A stretch of 64,000 nt of DNA from Lama glama. Its lineage: Eukaryota. Shown here one piece after another: positions 23,374-35,529 of the stretch (within the stretch, counting starts at the first letter, position 1; each line of letters begins with the position of its first letter). The DNA lies in the NCBI GenBank assembly GCA_028534125.1, contig CM052817.1, positions 35,466,001 to 35,530,000 of the forward strand. The letters are read 5' to 3'. The notes under the pieces were generated by a model that saw only the letters and a list, made by a program, of their open reading frames with translations, had not been told where the DNA came from and ran no database searches. The translations under genes were made by a program, and so were the position numbers.

Positions 23374-25689
23374 AATCATCCTGCCTCATAGGATTGCACT
23401 GAGGATCGAATGAGCGAGTCCACGCACAGAACTTAGAAGAGTGCCTGGCCCATAGCAAGTCATCAACCAGTTTACACGAGCCTGTTTTTATCTCCCAGCA
23501 GTGTGCCCTTCTGCACGTTTCCAAGGCATTTTGCTGTCACACTTCCCACCCACGTTTTCCTTTGCCAAGCCCTTCTGGGAACAGCTGAAATGTGGGACAG
23601 ACGTGGCCAGCTCAGCCCTCTTGCTAGCATGCATACCGCCAGATTATCAGCAAAGAAGCTTCACTAACAGAAAGTAGCAAATATGTTGTCTGGAAACACC
23701 ATATAGAAGCCAAAATTCCCTACGCTCCCCAGATCCCACGCTCTGGTTGTCCTTCACCCCTGCACTGAGACAGGGGTGGCAAGGACTCCCAGTGTTGGTT
23801 TCCCACAGGCCCCTGGGGTGGGCCCTTGGCACTGAGTGTGTCCCTCATACGTCTATGGCCCTAGGGACTAGAAACGGGAAATCCCCACAAGCTCTCTTAC
23901 ATCACTAGCATTTTTCACTTTGCTACCTGCCATTTCTCCCCCTCTTCAGCTTTTTTCTATGGAGCCAAGAATTCGTGTCTTCTCGTGGGAGACTCCTCTT
24001 CCCATCCTTGTCTGGCTGCCGCCCCCTCAGAACTGCAGAGGCCGTTTCAGCTTCTTACGTCTGCATCATGCTTGTCAATCTAGGTCGGCCTTCAGCCAGC
24101 ATTTCTGTATATCTCATCTGGACAGCCCCTGGCAGCTTCCAAAATACTTTGGCCCAAGTTGTTTAATCCTCACAAAAATCTTGTGGGATGCGTGTTCTTA
24201 TTCTGCACCAGACCCCTCAGGGCTCTTCCCCTTTCCTGTAGAGACCAAGGGCAGAGGGAGAGGGGACAAAAATATTTCGCTTTCTTTGCAACAGAGACCT
24301 GAGGTGATTAGGATCTCGTCCAATTTTACCTCAGCCATGAGTCTTGCAGGTGGAGAAAAAGCAAAGACCCTGCAGAAATCACCTGAAATCTCAGGACTTG
24401 GTTTTTGAAGGAAAAACCTGATACTTCTCTGGGTCGAAGGATCTGAGCTCTCCCTGGAGACCCGATGCAGAATGGGGCGGGGTGGGGAGAAGGCTCTGGA
24501 AACTAGCTGGTTTAATGAAGAGCTTCCTAGTGTGAAATCTTTGGCCGTTTGTGTGAGAATGAAGAAGCACAGTATCTGGCCCCTGCAGATTAAAAATGCT
24601 CTATTGATTTATTTACCAGAAAGCCCTTCAAATGCTTCTACTGGCAGCGATGAGGCTAGGGACTGAGGAGCCCGCCCTGGCCCCGCAGTTCTCTGGGAAG
24701 AGCTGATGTGCACTTGAGGTTTGCCTGGACGGGCCTGCAGGTCTGTGGAGCTGTGCTTGGTGCATTCTGGAAACGGAGGCCTCCACGTGTGGGCCGGTAC
24801 CTCGCAGCTCTGCCACCTCAGCATCTGTCTGAGCTGCCAGGCTCCTGGAAAGGTCCCTTTGATTTCTTCTGTTTTATTCAGTGCCAGGTTGGGAGGCCTG
24901 GAGAGGGGTCAGCGGCCCAAACACTGTGTTAACCAGAGTGATACGAGTGACAAATGCTGGGCTTTCTTTTTTTTTTGCTTTTTCTTCTCTGCCTTCCAGG
25001 AAGATTTTTTAAAACAACAAAAGCAAAAACCCAGGTCACTTTCTACTTTCAAGCACACCCTGTTCCTTCACAAGTTAAAAAGAAGCCCACAGAGCACCAT
25101 TTACTCATAAAGTCTCTATTCAGCGCTCCTTGCTCGTTTTTGGCTCAGGGTGCATCTAGCGGGTTCCCACAGAGTGCAGACCAGCAGGGGAGGTGGGGTT
25201 CGCGCTAGAGAACTGTGAAAAGATCTGCTCTTCCAGAACACAGTGAAAAACCACACTTTCTGGGTGAGAGGCAGGGAACACAAGGGTGACTTTATTCCCA
25301 ATTTTCCCCCTTGGATTGGAGCCTGCCCACCTCAGGGCTGGCTGGGCTCATCTGTCCATCCCTGCCTGTGGTGCCTTCCCTCTGAGAGGGGCTTCCGTGG
25401 GGGGAAATGGGGCATCTTCCTTCATGTCACTTGAATGGGCTCTTTCGGGTGGCTTTCATGGTAGAGTGATTCCTACCTTAGAAGGAGACAAGTGAGCCAC
25501 TTTTCCAGCTGCTCAGGGTGAGAAATTTGGAATTGTCCTTGACTCCTTTCTTCCTCAATCCCACTTCCAGCCACCAGCTTATGGTGTTGGCTCCGCATTC
25601 AAAATGCATTCAGTATCTGTATCAGTCAGTCTCTACATCTATGACCATCTACATCACAACATGTATTCAGTATCTGTCCCTACATATGG

Positions 25690-26063
25690 TTCAACAACAG
25701 AAACAGAACCAGAAGGAGCTGTATTTCGAGGAATCAGCTTTCATAATTGCGGAGGCTGGTTAGGTGAGTCTGCAGTCTACAGGTGGCCATGAGGAAAGAC
25801 AGGAGGGCCCTTGCAGGCACGAACTGAAGCTGCTGTCCGCAGGTACGTCGTCGTCTTCATCAAGGAACCTCAGCTCTGCTCATAAGGCCTTTCAGCTGGT
25901 TGAATCAGGCCCCCCTGAATCTAGGATAATTTCCCTTAACGTCAACTGATTAGAGACTTTATTGACATCTGCAAAGTATCTTCACAGCAACCCCCAAATG
26001 AGCGTTTGATTGAATAACTGGGGACTGTAGCCTAGCCAAGCTGACCCATAAAACCTACCATCA
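25690..26063. mobile_element. MLT2-type (ERVL) LTR
   Basis: ggaatcagctttcataattgcggaggctgg...gtttgattgaataactggggactgtagcctagccaagctgacccataaaacctaccatcac. Confidence 0.8.
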
Positions 26064-26254
26064 CTTATCCAACCTCAGCTCTCTCCTCTGCAGCCCCTCC
26101 CTTGATTCAGACCACCATCACTTCTACCCTGAATTACTGCTTTAGCCTCTTCACCTGTTTCCCTGTTTCTTCTCTTGTCCTCCCTGCCCCTCCCAACAAC
26201 TGTTCTCAGCAGAGCAGCTAGAGTGATCATTACCCCATGGCTCAAAGCCCTCAT

Positions 26255-26807
26255 GGTGGGTGGAGTCAAGGTTTCCCAAAGATGTCATGTCCTAATCCCC
26301 AGAACCTGTGAATATGTTATCTCACAAGGCAATGAGGATGTGCTTAGGGCATGGACCTTGGGTTAGAGAGCGGACTCTGGATTACCAGGTGGGCCCTGTC
26401 TGATCACAGGAGTTCTTAAAAGTGGAAGAGGGAGGCAGAGGAGTGAAATCAGAGAGGTCTGCAGTGAGACGGACTTGGCCCTCCACTGCTGGCTTTGAAA
26501 GTGGAGGAAGGGGCCACAGCCCACAGTAAAAAAAAATAAAAAAAGAAAAGAAAAAAAAGAATGGGGGGGAAGGTCCTCAGTCCTACATCTGCATGGAACT
26601 GAATTCTGCCAACAAACCAAACGACCAAGAAAAAGGATTCTCCCCTAGAGCTTCCAGTAAAAAACGCTGCCCGGCCATCAGCTAGATTTCAGCCTGGCAA
26701 GACCTGTGTCGGAGTTCTGATCAATAGAACTGTAAGGTACAAATTTGTGTTGCTTAAGCCACTCGGTTTGCGGTAATTTGTCACCACAGCAATAGAAAAC
26801 AAATACA
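26255..26807. mobile_element. MLT1D-like LTR inserted in an L2
   Basis: cccaaagatgtcatgtcctaatccccagaacctgtgaatatgtt...cagcaatagaaaacaaataca. Confidence 0.85.
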
Positions 26808-26919
26808 GGCCTCGGGTGACTTCCAAGTAAAAGCCAAACTCCACAGACTCCCCACTGCCCTTCTCTCTGGCGTCATTTCCTCCTCCTCCCTGTCACCCCT
26901 TCACCCCCTCCAGCAACTC

Positions 26920-27122
26920 CAGGGCCTGGACTGGAGTGAAGCTTGTGAGGCACTAGCCTTGAGATGCCAAAACCCTCAGTAATCAAGAGAAATAATGTTT
27001 TTAATGTAATATCAAAAGTAATGCAAAAAAAATCCATGATACACAAAATATAAATATTTGGAAGAAAGACAGGGTCCATCCCTGCATTTGCACACCTCGC
27101 CTCCCCCCAGTCCCCAGCCCTG
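26920..27122. mobile_element. hAT-Tip100-like MITE
   Basis: Terminal inverted ends cagggc...gccctg around an AT-rich core. Confidence 0.55.
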
Positions 27123-27379
27123 ATCCTTATTGTATTCAAACTTCCAGCTCTCTCCATCAGCAGCACTTTTCCTTTTGCTTTTGCCCCACATATCTGCAAA
27201 TCTCCCTCCTGCACCTGCTTTGGCCTTTGCTCAAATATTAGCTTCATAATGAGGCTTCCCTGAGACTTTATTTAAAATCGTGGCCCCCCCTCACCAGCTC
27301 CCTCTGACCCCTCCTTTGCTTTCTATTTCCCCTAAAGCATATTACACACCTAACATTCTATTTTATTTTTTTTTACTAT

Positions 27380-27865
27380 TGTAAGGGAGGTAAAATTTCT
27401 CCTCTACCCTCTTAGGGTTTCCACCTGGGACTGTCTTAAGAGATTAACAGGAGAAAAACTTAAAACTTTTATTGTAATAAAATTTGACATTTTATATGGG
27501 AGTCCTCACAGGAAAATGAAGCCCCAAAGAAATGTGTAGGCCTAAGTGCTTATAGACTGAGTTTAACAAAGAGTGACAGTTGTGGAAAGGCAACTAAAAT
27601 ATATGGAAAAGTAACTACAATGTAAGAAAGATAAGAGTTAGTTTAACAAGGTCTGTCTGTATTGGTGTCTCTCAGCCGGAACTCTCGTCTCTTTTCCTCC
27701 TGGTATAAGGAGGGCGTCTTTCACTTGGGAGATTCATCCTCTGTTTTCAGGAAGAAAAAGGGAGGTCAGAGTGCCTTTCACACCTGTTTTTCAAGTGCCT
27801 TTAGCTGGAAAGAAGAAGCATGCCAAAGTGGCATATTTTGGGGTGGCGTGCTCTAAACCCCTTCC
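27380..27865 (-). mobile_element. Solo ERV1-type LTR (LTR39-like) inserted in an L2
   Basis: Starts tgtaagggaggtaaaatt and ends aaaccccttcc; imperfect 4-bp TSD ctat/ctgt; L2 sequence on both sides (about 27130-27360 and 27866-27960). Confidence 0.75.
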
Positions 27866-28044
27866 CTGTTGTTCACTGCTGTTTCACTGCGGCCTAACTG
27901 TATGCGGCACGTGGTAGGTGTTCCATAGATATTTACAGTAGGAATGAAGGAAGGGAGGGAGGGGGAGGGGGGAGAGAGGGGGGAAGGGTAGAAAGTGTTA
28001 ATGGGGGAACAAGGTATGTGTATGCATTCAAGAAAGGACTTTCC

Positions 28045-28521
28045 TGTTGTGGGCACAATGAGGTGGCCGTTCGGTGAGCCAGTGACAACGCGGGTTGGTA
28101 AAAGAATTTGCCAGAGATTGGGTATAAGAACAGACGAGTTTATTAGGGTAGGCTGTCAGACAATAGCGGGCCGCACAGGCGAGGGGTGCCTGCATGAGCA
28201 GTGAGGCCAGTTGTTGGGGTGTTTTATAAGCTCAGGTCACAAGGTTCCTGATCGGCTTGTGCACAAGTCTCTGATTGGTTGTAGGTGAGGTAAGAGGTTT
28301 AGGGTCTGTGAAGGGTGGTGGGATTTATGACTCTGGTAAGGTAGGCTGAAACAAGCCAGCCTGAGCTATTGGGAGATTATGCATGGCCTAGGGCTATTAG
28401 ATTGTTAGGGGAAACATGCCTAGTAAAGAATGTACTTCATCTGTTGAGAGATCACAGCCAGACATCTGAGAGCCCAGAAATGGGGGTCATCGGACTCTGA
28501 AGGACGTCAGTTGGCCCAACA
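28045..28521 (-). mobile_element. Intact, relatively young solo LTR
   Basis: TGTTG...CAACA termini, perfect 5-bp TSD TTTCC (28040-28044 / 28522-28526); minus-strand CCAAT (28368-28372, 28274-28278), TATAAAA (28228-28222) and AATAAA (28144-28139); many CpGs retained. Confidence 0.88.
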
Positions 28522-29048
28522 TTTCCCATTGGTTTATTGAAGCCTAAAATCCCTGAAGAACTGCAGTAAGTTTTAATGTCTGTTTTAAGAACCATCAGTT
28601 TATAAGCAGGGTTATTTTTTTTCCTCTCCCAAAGGAGAAAGCCAAAAAGAGCCAATGTGTTCTATTAGATTAATTAGCAGATTTGGATTAGCTGTGTACT
28701 TTCCTAGGGCATTAGCTGAAATTCTGGGAAATTCAAAATTCTGTTTGAAGCCCATACTATTTGTCTGAAAATCTTTGATACACAGTCCCTGCAGTCCTGC
28801 GTTTAATAATCCCTAGAGATTTTATTCTCTTCTAGTTCCCCCTCAACTAAAAATTCAGTTTTAATGATCTCTTTCCTCCAATTTCTTATGGGTGGATTCT
28901 AATAATGCTATTGTCATAAAGTCTTTGATAACTTGCATCATAGATAAATTGATTTTTCTGCCACAATAACAAAAGATTGTCTAGATAATAAATTGTATAT
29001 ATATAAATATGTATTTCAAGTTGGATTGGGAAAATAGACCCAATTTTT

Positions 29049-29304
29049 TTTAATTGAAGTATAGTCAGTTACAATGTGTCAGTCCCTGGTGTACAGCATA
29101 ATGTCCCAGTCATGCATATACATACATATATTCATTTTCTTATTCTTTTTCATTAAAGGTTATTACAAGATATTGAATATAGTTCTCTGTGCTATACAGA
29201 ATAAATTTGTTCTTTAATTTATTTTTATATATAGTAGTTAATATTTGCAAATCTTGAACCCCCAAATTGATCCCTTCCCACCCCCCTTTACCCCCAGTAA
29301 CCAT
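29049..29304 (-). mobile_element. Short young camelid L1 3' end
   Basis: TSD aatagacccaattttt (29033-29048) / aatagacacaattttt (29305-29320). Confidence 0.9.
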
Positions 29305-29439
29305 AATAGACACAATTTTTACCACCATCCATTGACTGACTAACACCTGTATGATTTAGGGGTTTGCTAAATACATGAGGTGGGTTTTAAGCAGAATGAA
29401 CTTGTAGTTGGTGGCACACACTAAACTATGTGGATTGTG

Positions 29440-29710
29440 GGCTAATATTAGTGGCCAATGTGAGCATGTGTGGGACAAGTAAACAGGGAAACCAGGTCAG
29501 AAGAGAGAAAAGAGAAGTGCAAGGTGAGCAAAGGCGGGAGAGGAACTCAGATAAGCTGGAGAGAACATCCATTCCTGACAGCTCTTCCCATTCCTGTCCT
29601 TGATTCCTTGCTTCCTGTCTGAGAGTTCCCACGGACTCGCTCCTTGGCCATACTTAAGTTAGTTTGGGGAGCTCTCTGTTCCTTGCATTCAAAAAAGCTG
29701 ACTAGACTGT
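29440..29710. mobile_element. Ancient ERVL LTR remnant (LTR16/LTR33-like)
   Basis: cattcctgacagctcttcccattcctg...tctctgttccttgcattcaaaaaagctgactaga. Confidence 0.5.
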
Positions 29711-29849
29711 ATACTCCTGAAGATGGTCACTGAAAAAATAAAAAAGTTGCTTGTGCAGACTTGGAAAACCACAGCCAGAACCGTGCAGTTTTTTCCACTG
29801 GAATTAAAGAGTAGGTTTTGATGTTTTTAGTGTATGAAAGAAAAATGAA

Positions 29850-30100
29850 TTTCAACTAAATGTAGTGTCTTGGATCCTGGAACAGAAAAAGGAGATTGGT
29901 AAGAAAACTGGTAAAACCTGAATAAAGTCTGGAGTTTGGTTAATAATACCAGTAATACCAATTTCTTAATTTTAACAAGTGTACCACAGTTATGAAAGAA
30001 ATTAACATTAGGGCAAACTGGTGAAGAGCATACATAACTCTGTACTATCTTTGCAATTTTTCCTTAGGTCTAAATTTATTCCAAGATAAAAAGTATATCT
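29850..30100 (+). mobile_element. Old L1 (L1MC/MD-like) 3' end
   Basis: ggatcctggaacagaaaaagg...actctgtactatctttgcaatttttc...ttccaagataaaaag. Confidence 0.75.
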
Positions 30101-30659
30101 TAAAAATAGTCTACAATTCCTAAATAGAGAAGGAAGTAGAAGGATGGAATTGAAATAGCAACTATGATAGAAGTCAGATAAAACTAAAGTCAAATGTGGA
30201 GAACCTTGGGTTCAAGTCCATACTTGGCTTCTTCCCAGCTATGCAGCCTTGGCAAAAACACTTCACCTCTCTGATCCCCAGTTCCCTCCTGAATTCGTAG
30301 TGGTGTTTGGGGAGGCAAACAATGATGCTGACAATGATCGATGAGTCAGCATGATGGAGTAGGAAGGAGAAAGAGTTGGTCCAGCCTGCGCACCTGAGCT
30401 GTGTAAGAATAAGTTCAACCTTCAGCTTGTATTTGATACTTACTTTTTTGCAGTTTGACAAGTAAAAGATCACCATCATGCATACCATGACTGCAGCCTC
30501 TTCAGAGATACGTGTTAATGTACATGGAAAATCATAAATCACAGTGTACACCTATTTCGTAGAGGTCACCTTTCAGGTAACATTGTCTCATTGGCATTTT
30601 TAATGTTTGTAATTGTCTTCATAAATATTTCAACTGCAAACACACACACACACACACAA

Positions 30660-30880
30660 CCTGCTGATCAGGACTGTGGCTACAGAGTCAGGCTCTGGGT
30701 TTGAATCCTAACTCCACCACTGGGTGATGCTCATCTTCTCCTGTGCCTCATTTCCTCAGGCAGGGAAAATGTCAGAACTTGCTTAAAGAGATGATTGAGA
30801 TGCCTGAATGAGGAAATGCATGCAAATAACAGAGTATTGTGTCTGGTGGCAAACAATAAAATACTGGCTCTTATTATTAC
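30660..30880 (+). mobile_element. MIR SINE preceded by a short (CA)n at about 30640-30658
   Basis: gggtttgaatcctaactccaccact...gtgcctcatttcctc. Confidence 0.6.
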
Positions 30881-33089
30881 TGGATTTTTACAGTTTGTAA
30901 TAACTTGAACACTACAGAAATGTGAAAATCTCCCAATATTTCACCTGCACAATCCAAAGTATTCAGCTGCAACAGTCTGATACCTGTTTCTCCTCTCCCT
31001 CTCCCGACTTGGGTTCTTTGTGTTTTTCCTGTCCTTCTGTATGGACTCCTCATATTTAAAATGGTAAGATTTGTCTTCATATTTGCTGAATATTTTCCCC
31101 AATCTATTGTTGACTTTTTGTTTTGACTTTTGGCTTGGAGGTCACATGGAGGTTGGATAAACATGATTTCATAGCCTATGTAAAATAGATTTTTGCCCAT
31201 TTCTGGCCTGAGTTCCTTTTCTTGTGGAAGTTCAGGGGTGTGGATAGCATCAAGACTTTGAGGAGAAGGACCAGCATGTGGTATTTAGTATCACTGCTCA
31301 TCATGGCGGCACCTTCTGAGATGCCCTAATTCCCATCTGGTCATGAGTTGTGGGTCCATGCAGGTCCCAACCCTGAGGCCTTTTCAGGGCCGTCGTCTGC
31401 CAGTGCCACATCTGGGACCCTCTTAACTGGGTCAGTGATCCTGCACTGGTCTTGCAGAAGCTCGGGTCTGTGGGAAATGCCGAGACTGACTGGGGCCTTC
31501 TTAACACACATAAGACACAGGTCACGTCCCTTCTCCTCTCCTGCACTAGGCTGAGCTTCTGGAGCTCTGGGGGCCTCTCCAAGTGACTTCCATTCCTCAA
31601 TTTTCAGCTGTGTCTTCTTAGACGTGGCAGGACCCATCAGAGCAACTATTTTTGGTAGATAAATATTCACGTGCAGGAAGCGAGTGGGGGTGGGAGTGGG
31701 GAGACTTTCAGGAACAGCAGCTGTGTTCAGGAAGAGGGAGAGATGGAACTGGGGTGCAGGGGTAGCAGGAGCCCCCGCCAATTCCTCAGGAAGTTCTGAC
31801 ACGGGATGGCCTCTCTGAGTTATTCTGAGTTGATGGGGCCTGGACCTCTGTTCTTCCGCGTGGAAGAATTGTTATTACTGGTTGTCCCTAGAGAGGGGGC
31901 ATCAGCTTGCAGGAGGCAGCCTTCTGTAATTCCCAGGGAGGGCCCCAAGTGAGAGCCGACAGCAGTCAGCCCTCCCAGAAGCTGGGCAGGGGGGTGAGTT
32001 TCAGTCCCAAAGTGGGATGTGGGCAGCTTCCACAGCATCCCCAACCATGGCCAACTGGCCTTTGAGCTTTCTTTTTGCCTTCGGTCTCTCAAACTCTTCA
32101 CTCAGCATTATCTAATCTGTGGGGATAGCCTGGCTTTTTATATCTTCCCTAACTCACTGTATTTGCCCTGAGGCCTGGGACTTTGGCACTCCAAAGCCAA
32201 AAATGAGCCTCTTTTGTTATCCACATTCTGCTGTGTCACCCCTTCCCCGAGACGACAAAACAAAATGCCCAGCTGCCTAAATGTGGGGCAGGGAAAGGCT
32301 AAACAGGAAATGCTGGGACAATATATGACCCCGCCACATTCAGAAAATAATACACAATGTGTACCTAACATTTACACGATGTGAACGATCCAGAGTGATG
32401 CTCCACAGGCTCTTCTTGCCTGATGAGGACAGAGAAGATGGAAGGACTCTCAAAGGGCAACAGAGCACACCCTGCTAGGGAAAATGCTTCACAATCTCCA
32501 GGGAGTGGGGTGAGAAGGGATTGGTGATATCTTTCTATTTAGCCAAAGGGAGTGTAGATTTATTTATAAATATGAGAACATTGCAAAAGAGTGGGATCTT
32601 TTCAGAGGCTAGAAGAGATAGGATTCAGAGAACAGAATGATTCTTGGCAGGAGGAGGGAAGGGGAGAGGAAAAGTGGGCGGTGTGGAAGAGGAATAGCAG
32701 GACACTCGAGTTGCCTTCAAGTGGTGTCTTTTTCACTGACAAGTTGGTAGCAAAGTCATTTGATGAGCGTAAAAGAGGAAATGCTCAAGTGGAATGAACT
32801 TTGAGAAGAGAACTCTGAAGTGGCCCCATGGAGAGCAAGGGAAAGCCCTCTCCAGGGACATATGGGGAGATGGATGGGCACCACTAGAGCAGAGATGGGC
32901 ACCACTCCCTGAGGTTGGGAGGTTTTCTCCAGCAGCACTGAACGGCGCAGGTGTGGGCTCAGGTAAGGAAAAGTAATGCTTTATTTTGTTTTCTTTGTAA
33001 TTGTTTTTAAACTACTGATTGAATACATCATATATAGCTTAATGAACTCACAGAGAAAGCACTTGCATACCCAGCACCCTAGAACTCCC

Positions 33090-33500
33090 TATATTAGTTT
33101 CCTAGATCTGCTAAAACAAGCAGCCAAGTGGCTTGAAACAATAGAAACCTACCCTCTTGCAGTTTGGAGGCTAGAACTGAAATTAAGGTGTCTGCTCTAA
33201 GGGGCACCTTGCCTTTTCCTAGCAGCAATCCCTGCGGCTCTTTGGCTTGTAGCTGCAAAACCACAATTTCTGCCTCCATTTCTCACGATCTTCTTCCCTC
33301 TGTGTTTGCCTGCATTTCTGTGTCTCTCTGTCTTCACATAGCCTTCTTGTAACGACACCAGTTGTTGGATTTAGGACCCACCCTCATCCAGTATGAAATT
33401 ATTTTAACTAATTACATATGCAAAGACCCTATTTTCAAACAAGGGAAATTTTGAGGTGCTGGGTGAGCATAAATTGGAGGAGTACACTATTCAACCTAGT
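33090..33500. mobile_element. MLT1A-like LTR
   Basis: tatattagtttcctag...ggatttaggacccaccctcatccagtatga...caaagaccctatttt...actattcaacc. Confidence 0.8.
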
Positions 33501-33980
33501 TTACCCACTTTGTGTCTCTTTCCAGTCACTAGACGCAAGTTTGTTTGTTTTGGGGTTTTGCCACAGGGTATGATGGAAGGGAAATGGAGAAAGGAAGTTG
33601 AAAGTATGAGCAAAGAATTGTTGAGATGATGAAACATGGAGTCTCTATCAGAGAAGAGGGAAGGAAGCAAAGAGACAAGAGATGAATAAATGGGGAAAGA
33701 CAGGAAGAAGCAGAGGGTTCAGGGATTCAAGGTTTTGATAAGGTTGAAGAAACAGGTCCACAAGGAAAACTAAAGGAGACAGATGGAAGGAGAGGAGATT
33801 GTGCTGAGAAAATGGACATTGAGTTTGACAGTTTCTTCTCTAGATGGTTCCACTGAACTACCTGTTTATTCCAGAATTATTAATATACTGTTTTCATCAC
33901 CATAATGATAAAATAGTTTAACCCTTTAAAATGCCTAGCCTCTTCAGGATTCTTTTTCCAGAACTTTCTTTGAAATTCTA

Positions 33981-34901
33981 TTTTTGCCTTTATTTCCATT
34001 ACTCTAGGAGCTGGCTCGAAAAAAAACATTCCTGTGATTTATGTCAAAGAGTGTTCTGCCTATGTTTTCCTCTAGGAGTTTCATAGTATCTGGTCTTACA
34101 TTTAGGTCTTTAATCTATTTTGAGTTTATTTTTGTACATGGTGTTAGAGAATGTTTTAATTTCAGTCTTTTACAGGAAACTGTCCAGTTTTCCCAGCACC
34201 ACTTATTGAAGAGACTGTCTTTTCTCCATTGTATATTCTCGCCTCCTTTGTCATAGATTAATTGGCCATAAGTATGTAGCTTTATTTCTGGACTATCTGT
34301 CCTGTTCCATTGGTCTATGTGTCTGTTCTTGTGTCAGTACCATACTGTCTTGATTACTGTAGTTTTGTAGTATAGTCTGAAGTCAGGGAGCATGATTCCT
34401 CTAGCTCTGTTCTCCTTTTTCAAGACTGTCTTTGCTATTTGGGTTTTTTTGTGTTTTCATACTAATTTTAACATGTTTTGTTTCAGCTCTGTGAAAAATG
34501 TCATCTGTAATTTGATAGCAATTACATTGAATCTATATATTGCCTTGGGTAGTGTGGCCATTTTAACAATATTGATTCTTCCAATCCAAGAACATGGTAT
34601 ATCTTTCCATTTGTTTATGTCATCTTCAGCTTATTTCATCAGTGTCTTACAGGTTTTGGAGTACAGGTCTTTTGCCTCCTTGGGTAGATTTATTCCTTGG
34701 TATTTTATTCTTTTTGATGTGATGGTAAATGTATTTGTTTTCTTAATTTCTTTTTCTGCTATTTTGTTGTTAGTGTATAGAAATGCAACTGATTTTTCTA
34801 TATTAGTTTTGTATCCTGCAACTTTACCAGATTCATTGATGAACTGTCATAGTTTTCTGGTTGCTTCTTTAGGGGTTTCTATATATAGTATCATGTCATC
34901 C
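33981..34901 (-). mobile_element. L1 ORF2 internal fragment lacking 3' UTR and poly(A), with TSD
   Basis: Homologous to 21225-21510 and 47175-47880; flanked by tctttgaaattcta (33967-33980) / tctttgacattcta (34902-34915); embedded in an ancient L1M remnant. Confidence 0.88.
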
Positions 34902-34969
34902 TCTTTGACATTCTAAAATGTTTACTCTTCCAGTTAATTTTAAAATAATGTCAAGTTACAAAAATTCTT

Positions 34970-35529
34970 CTTTTTTTTTTTTAACATTTTTTATTGAGTT
35001 ATAGTCATTTTACAATGTTGTGTCAAATTCCAGTGTAGAGCACAATTTTTCAATTATACATGAACATGCATATATTTATTATCACATTTTTTTCGCTGTG
35101 AGCTACCACAAGATCTTGTGTATATTTCCCTGTGCTATACAGTATAATCTTGTTTATCTATTCTACATTTTGAAATCCCAGTCTGTCCCTTCCCACCCCC
35201 TACCCCTTTGGCAACCACAAGTTTGTATTCTATGTCTATGGGTCTGTTTCTGTTTTGTATTTATGTTTTACTTTGTTTTGTTTTTTAGATTCCACATATA
35301 AGCACTCTCATATGGTATTTTTCGTTCTCTTTCTGGCTTACTTCACTTAGAATGACATCCTCCAGGAACATCCAAGTTGCTGCAAATGGCGTTATGTTGT
35401 CGGGTCCTATGGCTAAATAGTATTCCATTGTATAAATATACCACATCTTCTTTATCCAGTCATCTGGACATTTAGGCTGTTCCCATGTCTTGGCTATTGT
35501 AAATAGTGCTGCTATGAACATTGGGGTGT
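34970..35529 (-). mobile_element. Young camelid L1 3' end
   Basis: Poly-T; ORF 35285-35521 encodes the ORF2 C-terminus (MFIAALFTIAKTWEQPKCP...); TSD caaaaattctt (34959-34969 / 35530-35540). Confidence 0.92.

Noticed and set aside
27945..27992. G-rich purine tract as a functional G-quadruplex/H-DNA element
   Set aside because: It is the degenerate simple-repeat tail of an L2, with no independent evidence of function.
34392..34916. 174-aa hydrophobic ORF that looks like a membrane protein
   Set aside because: It is the antisense reading of A-rich L1 ORF2; the hydrophobicity is compositional.
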